Source of the DNA: Octopus bimaculoides
Lineage: Eukaryota
Length of the DNA stretch: 64,000 bases
Reading direction: 5' to 3'
Assembly (NCBI RefSeq): GCF_001194135.2
Contig: NC_068984.1
Coordinates: 121,955,205-122,019,204 of the forward strand
The notes beneath the pieces were generated by a model. It saw only the letters and a list, made by a program, of their open reading frames with translations, searched no databases and was not told the DNA's origin. The position numbers were made by a program, and so were the translations under genes. This document shows, piece after piece, positions 1 through 12,038 of this stretch. The first letter of the stretch is position 1. The number at the start of each line of letters is the position of its first letter.

Positions 1-692
1 AAGCACTGCAGGGAGGATTGGATGGCCAATACACCAAAGGAGATGACAAAGACCGGGCACATGAAGAAAGTCGACTTGGGGACAATCTGTGGGTGAATCT
101 TGAAGGTCTGGGAAGAGATTCCAGAAGACATCATCAAGCTGGCTTTCCTGAAGTGCTGTATATCCAACACGTTCGACAGCACAGAAGATGACATCTTGTG
201 GGAAGACAACGCCATCTCTCCCGACTCTTCTGACTCCAGCGATGACAAAGATGAATTGGCATATGCAGACAATCAACTCTACGAGGTCTTCAACGTGTCA
301 TCTGATGCCAAAGCGTTCTTAGGCTTTGAGTGAAGTCTCTACCCATTAGGGTTAGTCCTTTTTAGGACCACACATTTTCAAGAAAAAATATAGTGATCAC
401 AATATGAATAAATCATATAAACACACATAATAAAAAGATGTTCTCTTATTATCTCTTGCATTAAAACCTGGACTTCTTCCATTAATAATTATGAATATCA
501 ATGATCGCAGTCAGAAATGTTTGTTAAGTATGAAATCATCATGAAATTGAAATTTGTATTCATCCTGCATTTCTCCCTTTTCATTAGCCCCAGTTATTTC
601 CTGGTTTCCTCCACATTGTTCCCCTGTCGGGGACCAAAAGTCATGGGTGCGGTTTATACATGGCTGTAACTTATACACCGGCAAATATGGTA
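1..692 (+). mobile_element. pogo-family (POGK/Tigger-like DDE_1) DNA transposon, 3' remnant with right terminus
   Basis: Frame 1 from base 1 reads KHCREDWMANTPKEMTKTGHMKKVDLGTICG*ILKVWEEIPEDIIKLAFLKCCISNTFDSTEDDILWED, a typical pogo transposase C-terminus; the TGA at 94-96 probably replaced a Trp codon. The terminus GGGTGCGGTTTATACATGGCTGTAACTTATACACCGGCAAATATGGTA (646-692) resembles pogo TIRs and ends in TA. Confidence 0.8.
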
Positions 693-1519
693 ATCATATC
701 AACTGGGGTTTATATACACTCTTCCACAAGTTTCGGTTTGAAATCATTATTATTATTATTATTATTATTATAAATTTTCTAATTGCTTTAGCTTGGGTAT
801 GCAGGTATTTTGAAAATACCACAGAGTGACAATCATGCCCTGCCCTGCTTTTATGCAAGGCATGGCACCTGTTCAGCCACCCTGCCAGGGATACGGCAAA
901 GATGAGACTGCAGCTTGACAGATTGTGAAGAGGTAGTGGAAGAGCTCAACTGAGTCAATGGTGCTTCTCACATTGATGCTGAGTGGAGCAATCCTAGAAG
1001 ATCAACAGTCAGGATCACCAAGCTCTATCAAGAGTGTAACTGCAACGTATCAACAGGTTCTGTAATCAGCTAATGAAAGATTCATTATGATTCAAGCTCT
1101 CAATTCAAATTCATAATAATGAAATAGAATGGCAACAAAGAGTCATGGGAATCTGCGAGAGCAGAGCAAAATAAATTACTTTAGCACAGCAAGTCGTGTA
1201 AATTTTCTTCCTCAGCTTTTTCCTTTCATCCTTTGTTTCGTTATCAAATTGAAAAAAAATATATATAAATACATCTCATGAAACATTTCAACATAAATGA
1301 TAAATGATACTATAAATTGAATATCAATATAGCTCAATATGGCTCAATATGAAGATTTTAAGCTATTAAAGTTCATCCTGTTTGGGACTCTCAGCTTATA
1401 CTAATAATTTGAGCAACAACATGAACAAAACAGAACAAACACTCACACACAAGCATGCTGACATATATGCGTGCACACACACACACAATAATAATAATAA
1501 TAATAACAAATAAGAAGCA

Positions 1520-1830
1520 AGTGAAAGCAGAAAACTTGGAAATTGATCCAAGACCTACAAGCTGTGCAACATAAACCTGGTTGAGTGTGAGAATATGTAG
1601 AAGTGAGCTAAGCAGGCAGCTGGGATTGAGAGTCATCAGCTGTTGTGTTCTATTGTGGTACTTTGGTGGTATGAAGTAATTAAAACTGATGAAAAAGAAT
1701 GTCAATGTAGCGCTGGCTTTGATGTCAACAAATTGGCTGCCATTTTGAAAGAGAAGAGAACAACGCCAAATATGGAAAATAAAATCCTGCACAGAGTAAA
1801 CATTCTGTCAGGTTGCAAATCATAGAGAAA
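1520..1830 (+). mobile_element. Highly decayed RTE-clade LINE, post-RT C-terminal remnant
   Basis: Frameshifted peptides SRQLGLRVISCCVLLWYFGG and IKTDEKECQ...ILKEKRTTPNMENKIL weakly echo the RTE consensus RLLKCYVWSVLLYGCETWTL..ADEKR...RT. Confidence 0.35.
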
Positions 1831-2499
1831 ATAATTTATTTGTCAGTTATGATTTAATTCTTAATCTTAAAACCTCAAAAGAAGAAAGAAGTGTCATAAT
1901 GCAATTATAATAGACAAGATCAATGCTATTAGGGTAAATTTTCACAAATGGTCATCGAAAATATCTAGACATGTTTATGCTTGTTTAAGACACATTGATG
2001 TAGGAGCAAGATTGAATTATTCAAATCATCAATATTATGTCTCTTGGAGACTCAACTTTGTTAAAAACCACTCTTTGGTTTGTCAGGCTGGCTGCTAATA
2101 AAGAATATTAAATAAAAATGTCCTTTGATTGTATCCAAAAGAAATTTTTCAGTAAGAGAAAATAAAAATCATATCAAATTCATCCGTATATTACTGTTTC
2201 TTATGCAACAAATTTACAACTTCCACTTTACAACAGCAATTTGCTTTAAAATATATTTAAGAATGAGGTGGTTAGATAAAATTAGTATTTAGCTATACTG
2301 CTTTACATTGAATTTAAATCCAACCTGTGTAGATTTGCTTTTGATCCTTTCAGGGTCAATAAATATATACCAGTCATGCACCCAAGTCAATATAATCAAC
2401 TGTTCTATCCTTCAAAAATCTGTGATCTTACAAATATGTCAGAAATCAATATTGAGAAAGATGGCCGGCTGGTTGTAGAAATTGTAAATGAACAGTGTC

Positions 2500-2826
2500 T
2501 TAGTGGCACTCTGCTGGTTATGATGATGAGGGTTCCAGTTGACATAATCAATGGAACACCCTGTTCATGAAAATACCATGCACGTGGTTGAGCACTCCAC
2601 CACAGACACATGTACTCTTAATGTAGTTTTCAGGGAGATTCAGCATGACACAAAACATGACAAGGCTGGCCTTTTGAATTACAAGTACTACTCGATTTTG
2701 CCAGTTGAGTGAACTGGAGCGACATGAAATAAAGTGTCCTGCTCAAGGACACAATGTGCCACCAGTTTTCAAACTCATGACCTTACAATCATGAATCGAA
2801 TATCCTACTAGGCCACATACCTTCAC
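2500..2826 (-). mobile_element. tRNA-derived SINE, family B (tail type 1)
   Basis: Collinear with copies at 59249-59553 and, for the tail, 19143-19330 (GAGGGTTCCAGTTGAC..ATCAATGGAAC..., AAAGTGTCCTGCTCAAGGACACAA). tRNA-like head at the right end. Confidence 0.75.
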
Positions 2827-3727
2827 ACGTTTTACATTCTGAGTTCAAATCCCATTGTTTGGTAAACTTTGCTTTACATGTCACAGAGATTGATAAAAAA
2901 AAAACCCAAAAGACTAATAATAAATATATTGGATTCAATTCAATCCATCATACTCATCTCCTACAAATTTGTGATATACCATGTACCAAGGGAACGCAAA
3001 GTTTAGGGATTTGCTACAATAATAGACTGTGGAAGGGACATTAAATACAGTTTCCGTGACATAAATTGAAAACTATTGAAAAGAGAAATTAGGTTAGTCT
3101 ACTTGAAATAATTTCACACACATCTGGGAAGTTTTAGATGATTAATTTTTATGTTCCTAATAAAAGATTTGCAATTTGTTGTTGAATTCATTTTCACCAA
3201 ATAATGAATAATACAAACCATCACACCAAACTGGGTGAGCTAAACATTAGGATTATCTCTTAACACAACAGCTGGATATTTATAGACCTTAATGATAAAC
3301 TACCAACAGCAATTTATCCTGGCAATGGTTCAACACTTCTCTAGATCAACTTTCATAATACTGCTATTTAAACAGATTTCATTTCAAAGAACCTACTGAT
3401 GTTTGACATCCAGTGACAGAGACTACTATGAATAACAACACAAATAAAATATGAGCCAAGCAGGGGACCTCTATGTGCTCACTCAACCTGCTAACAATAG
3501 CATCAAAAATCTCCTCTAAAACATACCTTACTATCTTGAAAAGGAAATGCTATATTATATCCGAAAAGAACAAAAACAAAAATTAGATTGTTGTACCTTG
3601 AATGCCATGGGCCATAGATCTACTGGATCAAAGCTGACATGGGGATAAATGCAATGAAGTTTGTATGAGAGTTTTTATTGAATCAATCCTTCGATTTTGT
3701 TAACACAGCAACCAATACCTCCTTTAA

Positions 3728-3935
3728 TCCTTTAGCATTTAAACTGGCCATGTCAAGTCCAAATATTCTACCTGCTTTATATTCAAGTCATTCAGAAACA
3801 GCCTCTTATACGTATCTTACAAAATCATTCTAAAAATAAGCAATCACATCATCAAAATATCCAAGCTGTGAAATAATATATGATTAATTTAAAACAAAGC
3901 ATTACATTTGATAGAGCAATCTGAATACTAAAAGG
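3728..3935. mobile_element. TTAA-flanked MITE (piggyBac-like termini)
   Basis: TTAA at 3724-3727 and 3936-3939; termini TCCTTTAGCATT / AATACTAAAAGG match the cleaner copy at 11663-11818. Confidence 0.65.
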
Positions 3936-4016
3936 TTAAACTTAATACAATTGAAATAGGGACAACACGAACTAGTAAGTAACCATGCAAACTGTTAAAT
4001 ACAGCAACTAAATCAT

Positions 4017-4435
4017 CATCATCATCATCATTTAATGTCTGCTTTCCATGCTGGTATGGGTTAGACAGTTTGACAGAAACTGGTAAGATGGAGGGCTGCA
4101 TCAGGTTCCAATCTTAATTTGGCATAGTTTCTATGGCTGGATACCCTTCCTCATGCCAACCACTCCAAGAGTGTAATGGGTGCTTCTTTTGTGCCACCGG
4201 CATGAGTGCCAGTTATGTGGCACTGGCATTGGCCATGACTATGATTTCACTTGGCTTCACGGGTCTTCTCAAACACAGCATATTGCCAATGGTTTCGGTC
4301 ACTTGTCACTACCTCCATGAAGCACATCTCCATCAACAAACTCTCAGCCATATTTAAAATGCAAGTCAATGTTCAAATCCCAAACATTAAGACAAAGAAT
4401 AAAGAGTGGCTAGCCATGGTTAAAAGTCTGAAGTC
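4017..4435 (-). mobile_element. Non-autonomous retroposon, family D (RTE-like 3' tail ending in (GAT)n)
   Basis: Tail (CAT)n-TTAATGTCTGCTTTCCATGCTGGTATGGGTT and core GGATACCCTTCCTCATGCCAACCACTCC recur at ~15070, 31233, 36080, 39080, 47700, 49225, 50640, 57610, 58140, 59055 and 62790. Confidence 0.7.
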
Positions 4436-4491
4436 AACACACAGGATATAAAAATATTTCTATGTCCACCACGGTCAGTTGATTGCAAGCC

Positions 4492-4632
4492 TTTCATCAT
4501 TCAGAAGAGAATCTCTGTTCATACCAATAGCATCCAATATGTCAACTATTGTTGGTTTTCAAAGGTCACATGTATAATAGTATAACATTATAAATCGTTA
4601 CTTCCAATCATATGGCTTACATTAATTCAAGA
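4492..4632 (-). pseudogene. Decayed partial duplicate of the DUS4L first coding exon and its upstream flank
   Basis: Aligns by eye to ~6197-6340 at roughly 75-80% identity, same orientation, one 3-nt gap. The ATG has become ATA and the candidate CAG acceptor has become CAT. Confidence 0.75.
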
Positions 4633-4724
4633 GTTCAGCATAAAATATTTCAAGAGTGGTGGCCAGTTTACTGTGTCCCTTTAAGTGTTGGTCATAACAA
4701 CTAAAATGGCAAAATAAGTTTTAG

Positions 4725-5126
4725 GACATAAAGGGCTTTAATCAAACAGAACCCTTTCAAACTTCGTATACTTATCTATTTTGTGTTATAGAACAGAAAA
4801 AATTTTTTGTATTCGAATTTATTTCATGTAAAAAATTGTCTTATTTCGATAATTTCTACTAATCACTGACATCTATTCAGTTGAAAACAGTTAGCGCTGT
4901 AACGGTGTATATCGTATTAATCCCCTAACCCTAACCCTAACTAGACTGTTAACCCTAACCCTAACCCTAAAACTAACCCTAACTCTAGAATCCAAACTCT
5001 AAAATTGTTACACACATAGATACGCACAGCGTAATTTATTATATAAACAATATATGCGTATAAATTACGATTAAACCGGATGAAATATGTCACAGGGAAT
5101 AACATTTTTATGACCGCCCAGCAGTA
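4725..5126. repeat. Unclassified interspersed repeat containing telomere-like (CCCTAA)n tracts; right end lost in assembly gap
   Basis: About seven CCCTAA-type units in two blocks at 4922-4983, embedded in a CpG-retaining segment that contrasts with CpG-poor flanks. Confidence 0.5.
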
Positions 5127-5891
5127 NNNNNNNNNNNNNNNNNNNNNNNNNNNNNNNNNNNNNNNNNNNNNNNNNNNNNNNNNNNNNNNNNNNNNNNNNN
5201 NNNNNNNNNNNNNNNNNNNNNNNNNNNNNNNNNNNNNNNNNNNNNNNNNNNNNNNNNNNNNNNNNNNNNNNNNNNNNNNNNNNNNNNNNNNNNNNNNNNN
5301 NNNNNNNNNNNNNNNNNNNNNNNNNNNNNNNNNNNNNNNNNNNNNNNNNNNNNNNNNNNNNNNNNNNNNNNNNNNNNNNNNNNNNNNNNNNNNNNNNNNN
5401 NNNNNNNNNNNNNNNNNNNNNNNNNNNNNNNNNNNNNNNNNNNNNNNNNNNNNNNNNNNNNNNNNNNNNNNNNNNNNNNNNNNNNNNNNNNNNNNNNNNN
5501 NNNNNNNNNNNNNNNNNNNNNNNNNNNNNNNNNNNNNNNNNNNNNNNNNNNNNNNNNNNNNNNNNNNNNNNNNNNNNNNNNNNNNNNNNNNNNNNNNNNN
5601 NNNNNNNNNNNNNNNNNNNNNNNNNNNNNNNNNNNNNNNNNNNNNNNNNNNNNNNNNNNNNNNNNNNNNNNNNNNNNNNNNNNNNNNNNNNNNNNNNNNN
5701 NNNNNNNNNNNNNNNNNNNNNNNNNNNNNNNNNNNNNNNNNNNNNNNNNNNNNNNNNNNNNNNNNNNNNNNNNNNNNNNNNNNNNNNNNNNNNNNNNNNN
5801 NNNNNNNNNNNNNNNNNNNNNNNNNNNNNNNNNNNNNNNNNNNNNNNNNNNNNNNNNNNNNNNNNNNNNNNNNNNNNNNNNNNNNNNNNNN
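5127..5891. other. Assembly gap (N run); other gaps at 14948-15068, 29943-30175, 32380-32389, 33823-33844, 35164-35461, 38592-38674, 46851-46860
   Basis: N runs are directly visible; most abut microsatellites or homopolymers. Confidence 0.98.
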
Positions 5892-6105
5892 GAGGAGGAG
5901 GAGGAGGAGGAGGAAACAGAAGAGGATGATGACAACAATGATGACCATGACAACTGATTAGTATTAAAAACAGTATCCACTTATAAAAAACCATCTCTGA
6001 CAATTCATGCAAATATATGAGTTTGGAGCTGCAGCCAACCCACTGAATAGTCGTAGAAATACTTCATAACTAACCAATCAACAAGCAAGAATACAAACTA
6101 CTTAC

Positions 6106-6257
6106 TTTGAGTAACGTACCATAGGGGCACAGATCCTCACAAATTTCCTTTCAGCAAAAAGCTCCAGGGGTTTCTTCCATTTGAAATCCTGTTCTTCTTC
6201 ATCACCCAGAAGGGAAAGTCTGCTCACACCATTGCTAGCATCCAATATATCAACCAT
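6106..6257 (-). CDS. DUS4L: tRNA-dihydrouridine(20a/20b) synthase-like (DUS4L), first coding exon; remaining exons not found in window
   Basis: 152 nt encoding MVDILDASNGVSRLSLLGDEEEQDFKWKKPLELFAERKFVRICAPMVRYS(K). This matches the DUS4L N-terminal signature (human KDPIEMFHSGQLVKVCAPMVRYSK, recalled from memory). Strong Kozak context GCCACAATGG, in-frame upstream TGA, and a canonical donor AA|GTAAGT (phase 2) at 6105. Confidence 0.88.
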
Positions 6258-6399
6258 TGTGGCTTTTCAAAGGTCACCTGCATAGTAATGAGACATTATG
6301 AATTGTTGCTTCCAGTTACATGGTTTACATTAGCTACAGACATCAATTCTTTCTAAACATGCTTTCAGAACTGCTATAACAAATTACAATACAACAGTT

Positions 6400-6494
6400 T
6401 CCATGTACATGGCTGTTTTGTACATCACATCCACAACACTGTACATGGTTACACATAGGTGGCTGACAGTGTTTATCATACAGACTGTACATGG

Positions 6495-6548
<54 letters not shown>

Positions 6549-6895
6549 TTATTTCATACATGGCTACATTGTGCATCACACACATTGTACATGCTTACAT
6601 TGTACATCACATACATCATGCATGGTTACAGTGTATGTTACTAACACTGTATCCACTGTACACCATACAGACCATATGTGAATACACTGTACATCACACA
6701 CACTGTATGCAGCTATACATCACATCCACTACATGTAGCTACACTGTACAGACACACTGTATGTGGCTTACGTTACACATGGCTACAGTGTACATCACAC
6801 TCACAATGTGAGGCTGCACGGTATACATTCTACATCACACATATTGTATGTGCTCCACTGTAAATTACATATATATTTCATAGCAACACTATATG
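6400..6895. repeat. Degenerate minisatellite (CACTGTACATGGCTA / CACTGTACATCACAC-like units) with internal (TA)n
   Basis: More than ten diverged recurrences of TGTACATC/TGTACATGG motifs; (TA)n at ~6501-6545. Confidence 0.65.
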
Positions 6896-7769
6896 TATTT
6901 AACCACCACTATACAAGGCTATACTGTACAACTTTCTTTTTCTTTATGTGCTATAAGTTTGAAAAAAAAAATGCAATATTTATTGAGAAAGACTTCTTGA
7001 CCTAACAAGATCTCAAACTTCCAAGAAACTACATAAGTAAGTACCAGTAACACTTACAAGATGGAACATAACTAACAGAAAACTCAGCTCTGACAGGAGG
7101 GACACATTTCATAATGTAGTCCTAGATACATTGTGTATGGATAAAAGATGGCATGGTTACAGCTGCAACAACTTTGATCACAGGCCTACTTGATCAAAGT
7201 TGACCCAGTGTTAGACAACTACTTGAATCAGTATTGTGATATCTGAATATTCATAACAAGATTTAGCCTAGTCATGTGAACCAGTTTGGACATGTGTCTC
7301 ACATTCACACAAAGCCTAGCTTAATAATGTCCACAAGTTGATAGATATGCCACTAAATTGAAAGATTAAACCAAGGGTGTATGTTAAGTCTGCGAGATTG
7401 TTTACTAATCATCCAAATTGATATCATCATTATTGTTGTTAGAGTCCAGCTTACAATATTTATGAGGGTTTGATAGGTTAGCAGTTGGCAAATCAAAACT
7501 CGTTATAATCCATCACTGTCTTGTCCATGAGGCTCAGCAATGTGTGATGTGATCTCACAATTCTGAGATCAACCACCTGCCTAGACCCTGTCTTAAATAC
7601 TTTATTTAATCTCCAGAATTAAATGAGCAAACTATATAAGCTCAATCTTGGAGCATCTAAGAGTCATGAGAGAATCCCTCTTCTTCCCCAACAGATTAAT
7701 TAAAAATTTAAAAAGAAATTCATGTCCAAACTAATCCAGTCATCTTTCATACAGTTAAGATGATATTTT

Positions 7770-8275
7770 TAAGCTTTCCATTACCATATTTCTGTTGAAA
7801 TACGACAGACTCTCCCATTGAAGATGATGTGTGAGTATTTGCTGAACAACCTGCACAAATGGTTTGTTCATAGTGATCAAATGCATGTGCTGTACATCAG
7901 CTCACTCCCTCCATCAAATCGACACAGCCTGAACAGGTACACAGTGTACGTGTCAGATGTGGAAGTGATCGTAGAGCAACATGAGATGAAGTGTTTTGCT
8001 CAAGAACACAATGCACCACCTGATCTAGGAATTGAAACCGCAATCTCAGGATTGTGAGTGTAACACCCTAACCACAAGGCCATTTATGTGTTTCAGTTCA
8101 TTTTGAAAATAATGAAGAATGTAGTGAAATAACTTTACCCTTATTAAGGTAATGTTTGGAACATAAATTAAGATGAAATTTTCATGTAAGCTTTTAATAT
8201 ACTTTGAAACAAGAAGTTTGTATCATTGAACAAGAGACAATCTTTCAGGCAAGTTGGTATCAAAAGTGTTAATGC
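7770..8275. mobile_element. Older TTAA-type MITE interrupted by a family-B SINE (~7850-8090)
   Basis: Ends TTACCATATTTCTGTTG.. and ..GGTATCAAAAGTGTTAA match the copy at 8445-8923; the interior carries the SINE motif GAAGTGTTTTGCTCAAGAACACAA. Confidence 0.55.
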
Positions 8276-8444
8276 CAAATCATTCTCTCATTCCGCTTGT
8301 TCTCTACTTCCCATGCAGGTTAACATTACATATTCAATAGAACAGATTCAACTCATTTCTCTCCAGTTTCTGCAGGTCTTCTACATTTAGTGCTTATTAT
8401 CTCACTACCATTCATTTATGCAAGCTTTGTTGGCAACTGTTTAA

Positions 8445-8923
8445 CCCTTTTCTTACCATATTTCTGTTGAGATGCTCTGTGTTTCTTTCAATTAATTTTA
8501 AATATAACAAAGAATTTAGTAAAATAACTTAGTTATTTTTTATTTCTTCATTGCCCACAAGGGGCTAAATGTAGAGGGGACAAACAAGGACAGACAAAGA
8601 GATTAGGTCGATTACATCGACCCCAGTGCGTAACTGGTACTTAATTTATTGACCCCGAAAGGATGAAAGGAAAAGTCAACCTCAGCGGAATTTGAACTCA
8701 GAACGTAATGGCAGACAAAATACTGGTAAGCATTTCGCCCGGCGTGCTAACGTTTCTGCCAGCTCGCCGCCTTTAGTAAAATAACTTAGTTATTATTAAG
8801 CTAGTGTTAGGAACATAAATTGTGACTAAGGTTTGGTGAAAGATTTTAATTCAGAACTTTTGAAAACAAGACATTTGTACTACAGAGCCGGATGTGGTTT
8901 CAGGCAGGTTAGTATCAAAAGGG
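8445..8923. mobile_element. TTAA-type MITE with nested SINE
   Basis: TTAA|CCCTTTT at 8441-8451 and AAAAGGG|TTAA at 8917-8927. Confidence 0.75.
8538..8771 (-). mobile_element. SINE family C variant with 23-bp target-site duplication
   Basis: Head AGGCGGCGAGCTGGCAGAAACGTTAGCACGCCGGGCGAAATGC with B-box-like GTTCAAATTCC. TSD TTTAGTAAAATAACTTAGTTATT at 8515-8537 and 8772-8794. Confidence 0.85.
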
Positions 8924-9975
8924 TTAAATAAGTAAACCAGCAAAAGTATTTCCCATTAACAGGTTGTACACTAAGTTTGAGCAGCAACTGTCAGTAACAA
9001 ATTAACATTATCAATTGGTTCCTTATTTGTACAGAGATATTTCTTGAATCTTGGCAGCTGACTTACACCAATAACCGATTCCTGGAACTGAACCAACAAT
9101 TATCATTTTGCAGCTTATATAACATGAATATGTATGACTTTCATGCAGCCATCATGTGTTTTACACACACACAATAGTATGTATGCATAATCTGTTCTTA
9201 AAATAACTAACAACTAAAAAAAAATGCACTGAATTTATTAACTAACAATTCATAAGACATATCATAAATCATGCTGTTTATTTCAAATCCATTTTCATAA
9301 TCTCTATATTAAACCATTTTGTTGTTCTCAAATGTATTTTCAACATCTAAAATGTTCATTATCTCTCTCTGTATATATATAAAGGTCACTCCCTATCTTT
9401 CTATCAGGAAAGCCTGCAAAGGTCATGGACATGGCTCCCACCACTCCTCAAACTAACTTATATAAAAAAAAACATCAACAAAATCATCAATATATCAGTA
9501 CATTCTTCTCAAATATACATATATATATATATATATATAAATTTATGTGTATGTATATCTGCTAGCATGCACGTAAACACTGATATTGCCAGCAGTGCTT
9601 GGATTTCTGTTGATTTGAACACACTTGTGTTAAGTGAAGTGCTGCCAAGCGCATATGAAAAGTCTGCTCCTAATATCAGGACTGGCCTCTGCAGAAAGCC
9701 AACTTTTTTTTACTTCTGCATCAATCTAGTTCTACTGTCTTTCATGCTATACACTTGTACATTTGTGTTTAATGACTTCTGGTCATTCTGCCAAACTTGC
9801 TATTGGGATTTAGTGAGGATGAGCAGAGAGTGAAGGCGCTGCAACACAACAATGCCACTTCCATTAATAAAACTAGTGAGGAGATCACAGAGGCATTCTA
9901 GATGGAATGAATTAACAGCAGTCCTCATAAGACATGATAACATGATACTATACTATACATAAGAGTGAGTGAGTA

Positions 9976-10017
<42 letters not shown>

Positions 10018-11662
10018 TGTTTGTGTTTGTGCATGTGTGGATACAACCACAAAATGCTAATTTAAAAGAAAATATTTGAAAACGGGTTTTTAGCAATATT
10101 CTTGGAGGAAATGGAGAATAATAACACAGAGGCCATCTGAGTATTTCCAGGAACAACCTTTTAGTAAGCTTCTGACTAGTAAGTTCTATACTATCTATAC
10201 TATTATCACTTACTATCATACCAAGACAGATAGTGATACAATAGAATGGAGGTTTAGAACTATAAAAGCTAAGTAACAGATCTTGAAGAAGTAAAAGAAA
10301 GCAGGTAGTGATACAAAGTAACTACATAGAAACCAAGCTACCATGTGTACCTTGTCAAGAGAAAATCTAAGAGATGTGTTCTATGAGAATGAGAGGTGTG
10401 AGGTACTCTGATGTGAATTGCAAAGCATTGTGTTCATGTGAATGGAGATGTCATTAGAGTCCAAATCAACACTGGTGCACTTAACCCTCTCGTGATAGTG
10501 AAGAGAAACACAGGAATGCTCCTATGAGAGGTTGAGAAGGAAGAATGGTTTAGTGAAAGACTTACTCAAGTTGAATGAATATAGGAAACAACTATTGAGG
10601 TCGGTTTCAGAATTGTTGAGAAAAAAAAATGAAGGAAGAAAATGAAGCTGAGATTATAGTCAGGATCTATGTAGGTCATATTAACAATATGATAAGGGGA
10701 AGAATAGCACAGGGGAGCAATTCTGTGTACTGATACGAAGTATGGATTCACATATGGAATACAGTATGCAATTAGTAGAGAACACACCCACTAGAGACAC
10801 TTGAAATCTAAAAAGCAAGAGAAATAAGTCCAATAATATCAAATAATTGAAATTTTGGAAAATATAGAAAATGTAGTATAGGAGTTAAACTGGTCTTTAA
10901 CGTTCAACATTTAACCTTTAGCATTTAAACTGGCTATATTCAATATTTTATCTGTTTTATGTTCAAACTGGCAAGAAGTGGCCTCTCACACCAACCCTAC
11001 AATATCATTCTAATGGGTGGACAGACGCACAGATGGACAGATAGATACAGAGTAGAGAAGAGGAAACACAGAAATGTTGATTATCAATATCAACAATATG
11101 GTCAAAGGAAGATACTTCAGGGGAGCATTATGCATATTAAATTCAAATATGATAGGGTCTTAAACATATAAAACAATGTGTTGAAAAACTTTGGCTAAGT
11201 TTACCAGTGTCTAACAGACACTAGTTAGTCATCTGCTGTCTGTATGAGGATGTGTGTGTTTTGTGAAGGTGTGGGAAACTTGTGTAGATATAGGTTGAAA
11301 AGAGTGGGTGAGAGGCTAAATATACAGGACAAACTGGTTAATTAGATAGAATAGAAAGGTGTTACTCCAGACAACTGGTGTATATTGTCAAGTATTAAAA
11401 GAGAAAAAAAGTGATGCATAGGTGACAAGCAATTAGACAGACCTCAAGCTTCTGGATAAAGTCTTAAAAGTAGTTGAAAGAATTTTAGTGAAGTTAGTTC
11501 AAGATAAAGTTTGCTTGAATAAGAGGGGATATCTGAGTTTCTGTCAGGCTTTAGTTCTCTACTTGTTATTCATTGTTCCGGGAAAGAATTTTAAAGGTAT
11601 GGGTGATATGGAGACTAAGTGTAAATGAATAACTTGTAAGAGTTCTTACAAAGTGTGTTTAA

Positions 11663-11818
11663 CCCTTTAGCATTCAAACAGGCCATATCTGGCCTCTACC
11701 CTACAGTGTCATTCTAAACACATCAAAATCATGAAGCTATGAGATAATGCATAATTAATTTGAAATAATGTGGATAAATAAGCATTACAATTGATGAATT
11801 AATCTGAATGCTAAAGGG
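11663..11818. mobile_element. TTAA-flanked MITE
   Basis: TIRs CCCTTTAGCATTC / GAATGCTAAAGGG with TTAA on both sides (11659-11662, 11819-11822). Confidence 0.85.
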
Positions 11819-12038
11819 TTAAAGGTGCAGTTGGCAGAGTTAAAGTTGCCCATAAAATTTAGTAAAGAATTTAGTAAACAAGTGGGTGCAACAGTTTCAT
11901 TTTCATGTTTCTCGTTACAGTCTTTGAATCAATAAGGCAGAAGTTTATAACATCATCTTTGAGAATTTTATATACAAAAGACTCGGTTCTTTCAAAGACT
12001 TACAGAGTAAGTTTTGTGCCAGAAGGCATAGTCTAGAG

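Noticed and set aside
4922-4983. True telomere or chromosome fusion site
   Set aside because: Only a few hexamers, interrupted and embedded in an interspersed repeat; likewise at 54801-54871.
1-5126. Search for DUS4L exon 2 (LAFR.LVRKY..DL..TPM) on the minus strand
   Set aside because: Not found by eye; it probably lies left of the window or in the 5127-5891 gap.
4941-6012. Long ORFs (290-335 aa) in the track, and similar ones at 14756-15216, 29823-30405, 34896-35717 and 38478-38881
   Set aside because: They are open only because they run through N gaps and microsatellites.
9064-9115. Minus-strand GTAAGT donor with short open frames (e.g. MIIVGSVPGIGYW)
   Set aside because: Weak acceptor and no homology; expected by chance.
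9567-9833. 88-aa ORF
   Set aside because: No domain similarity or splice support; probably old repeat-derived sequence.
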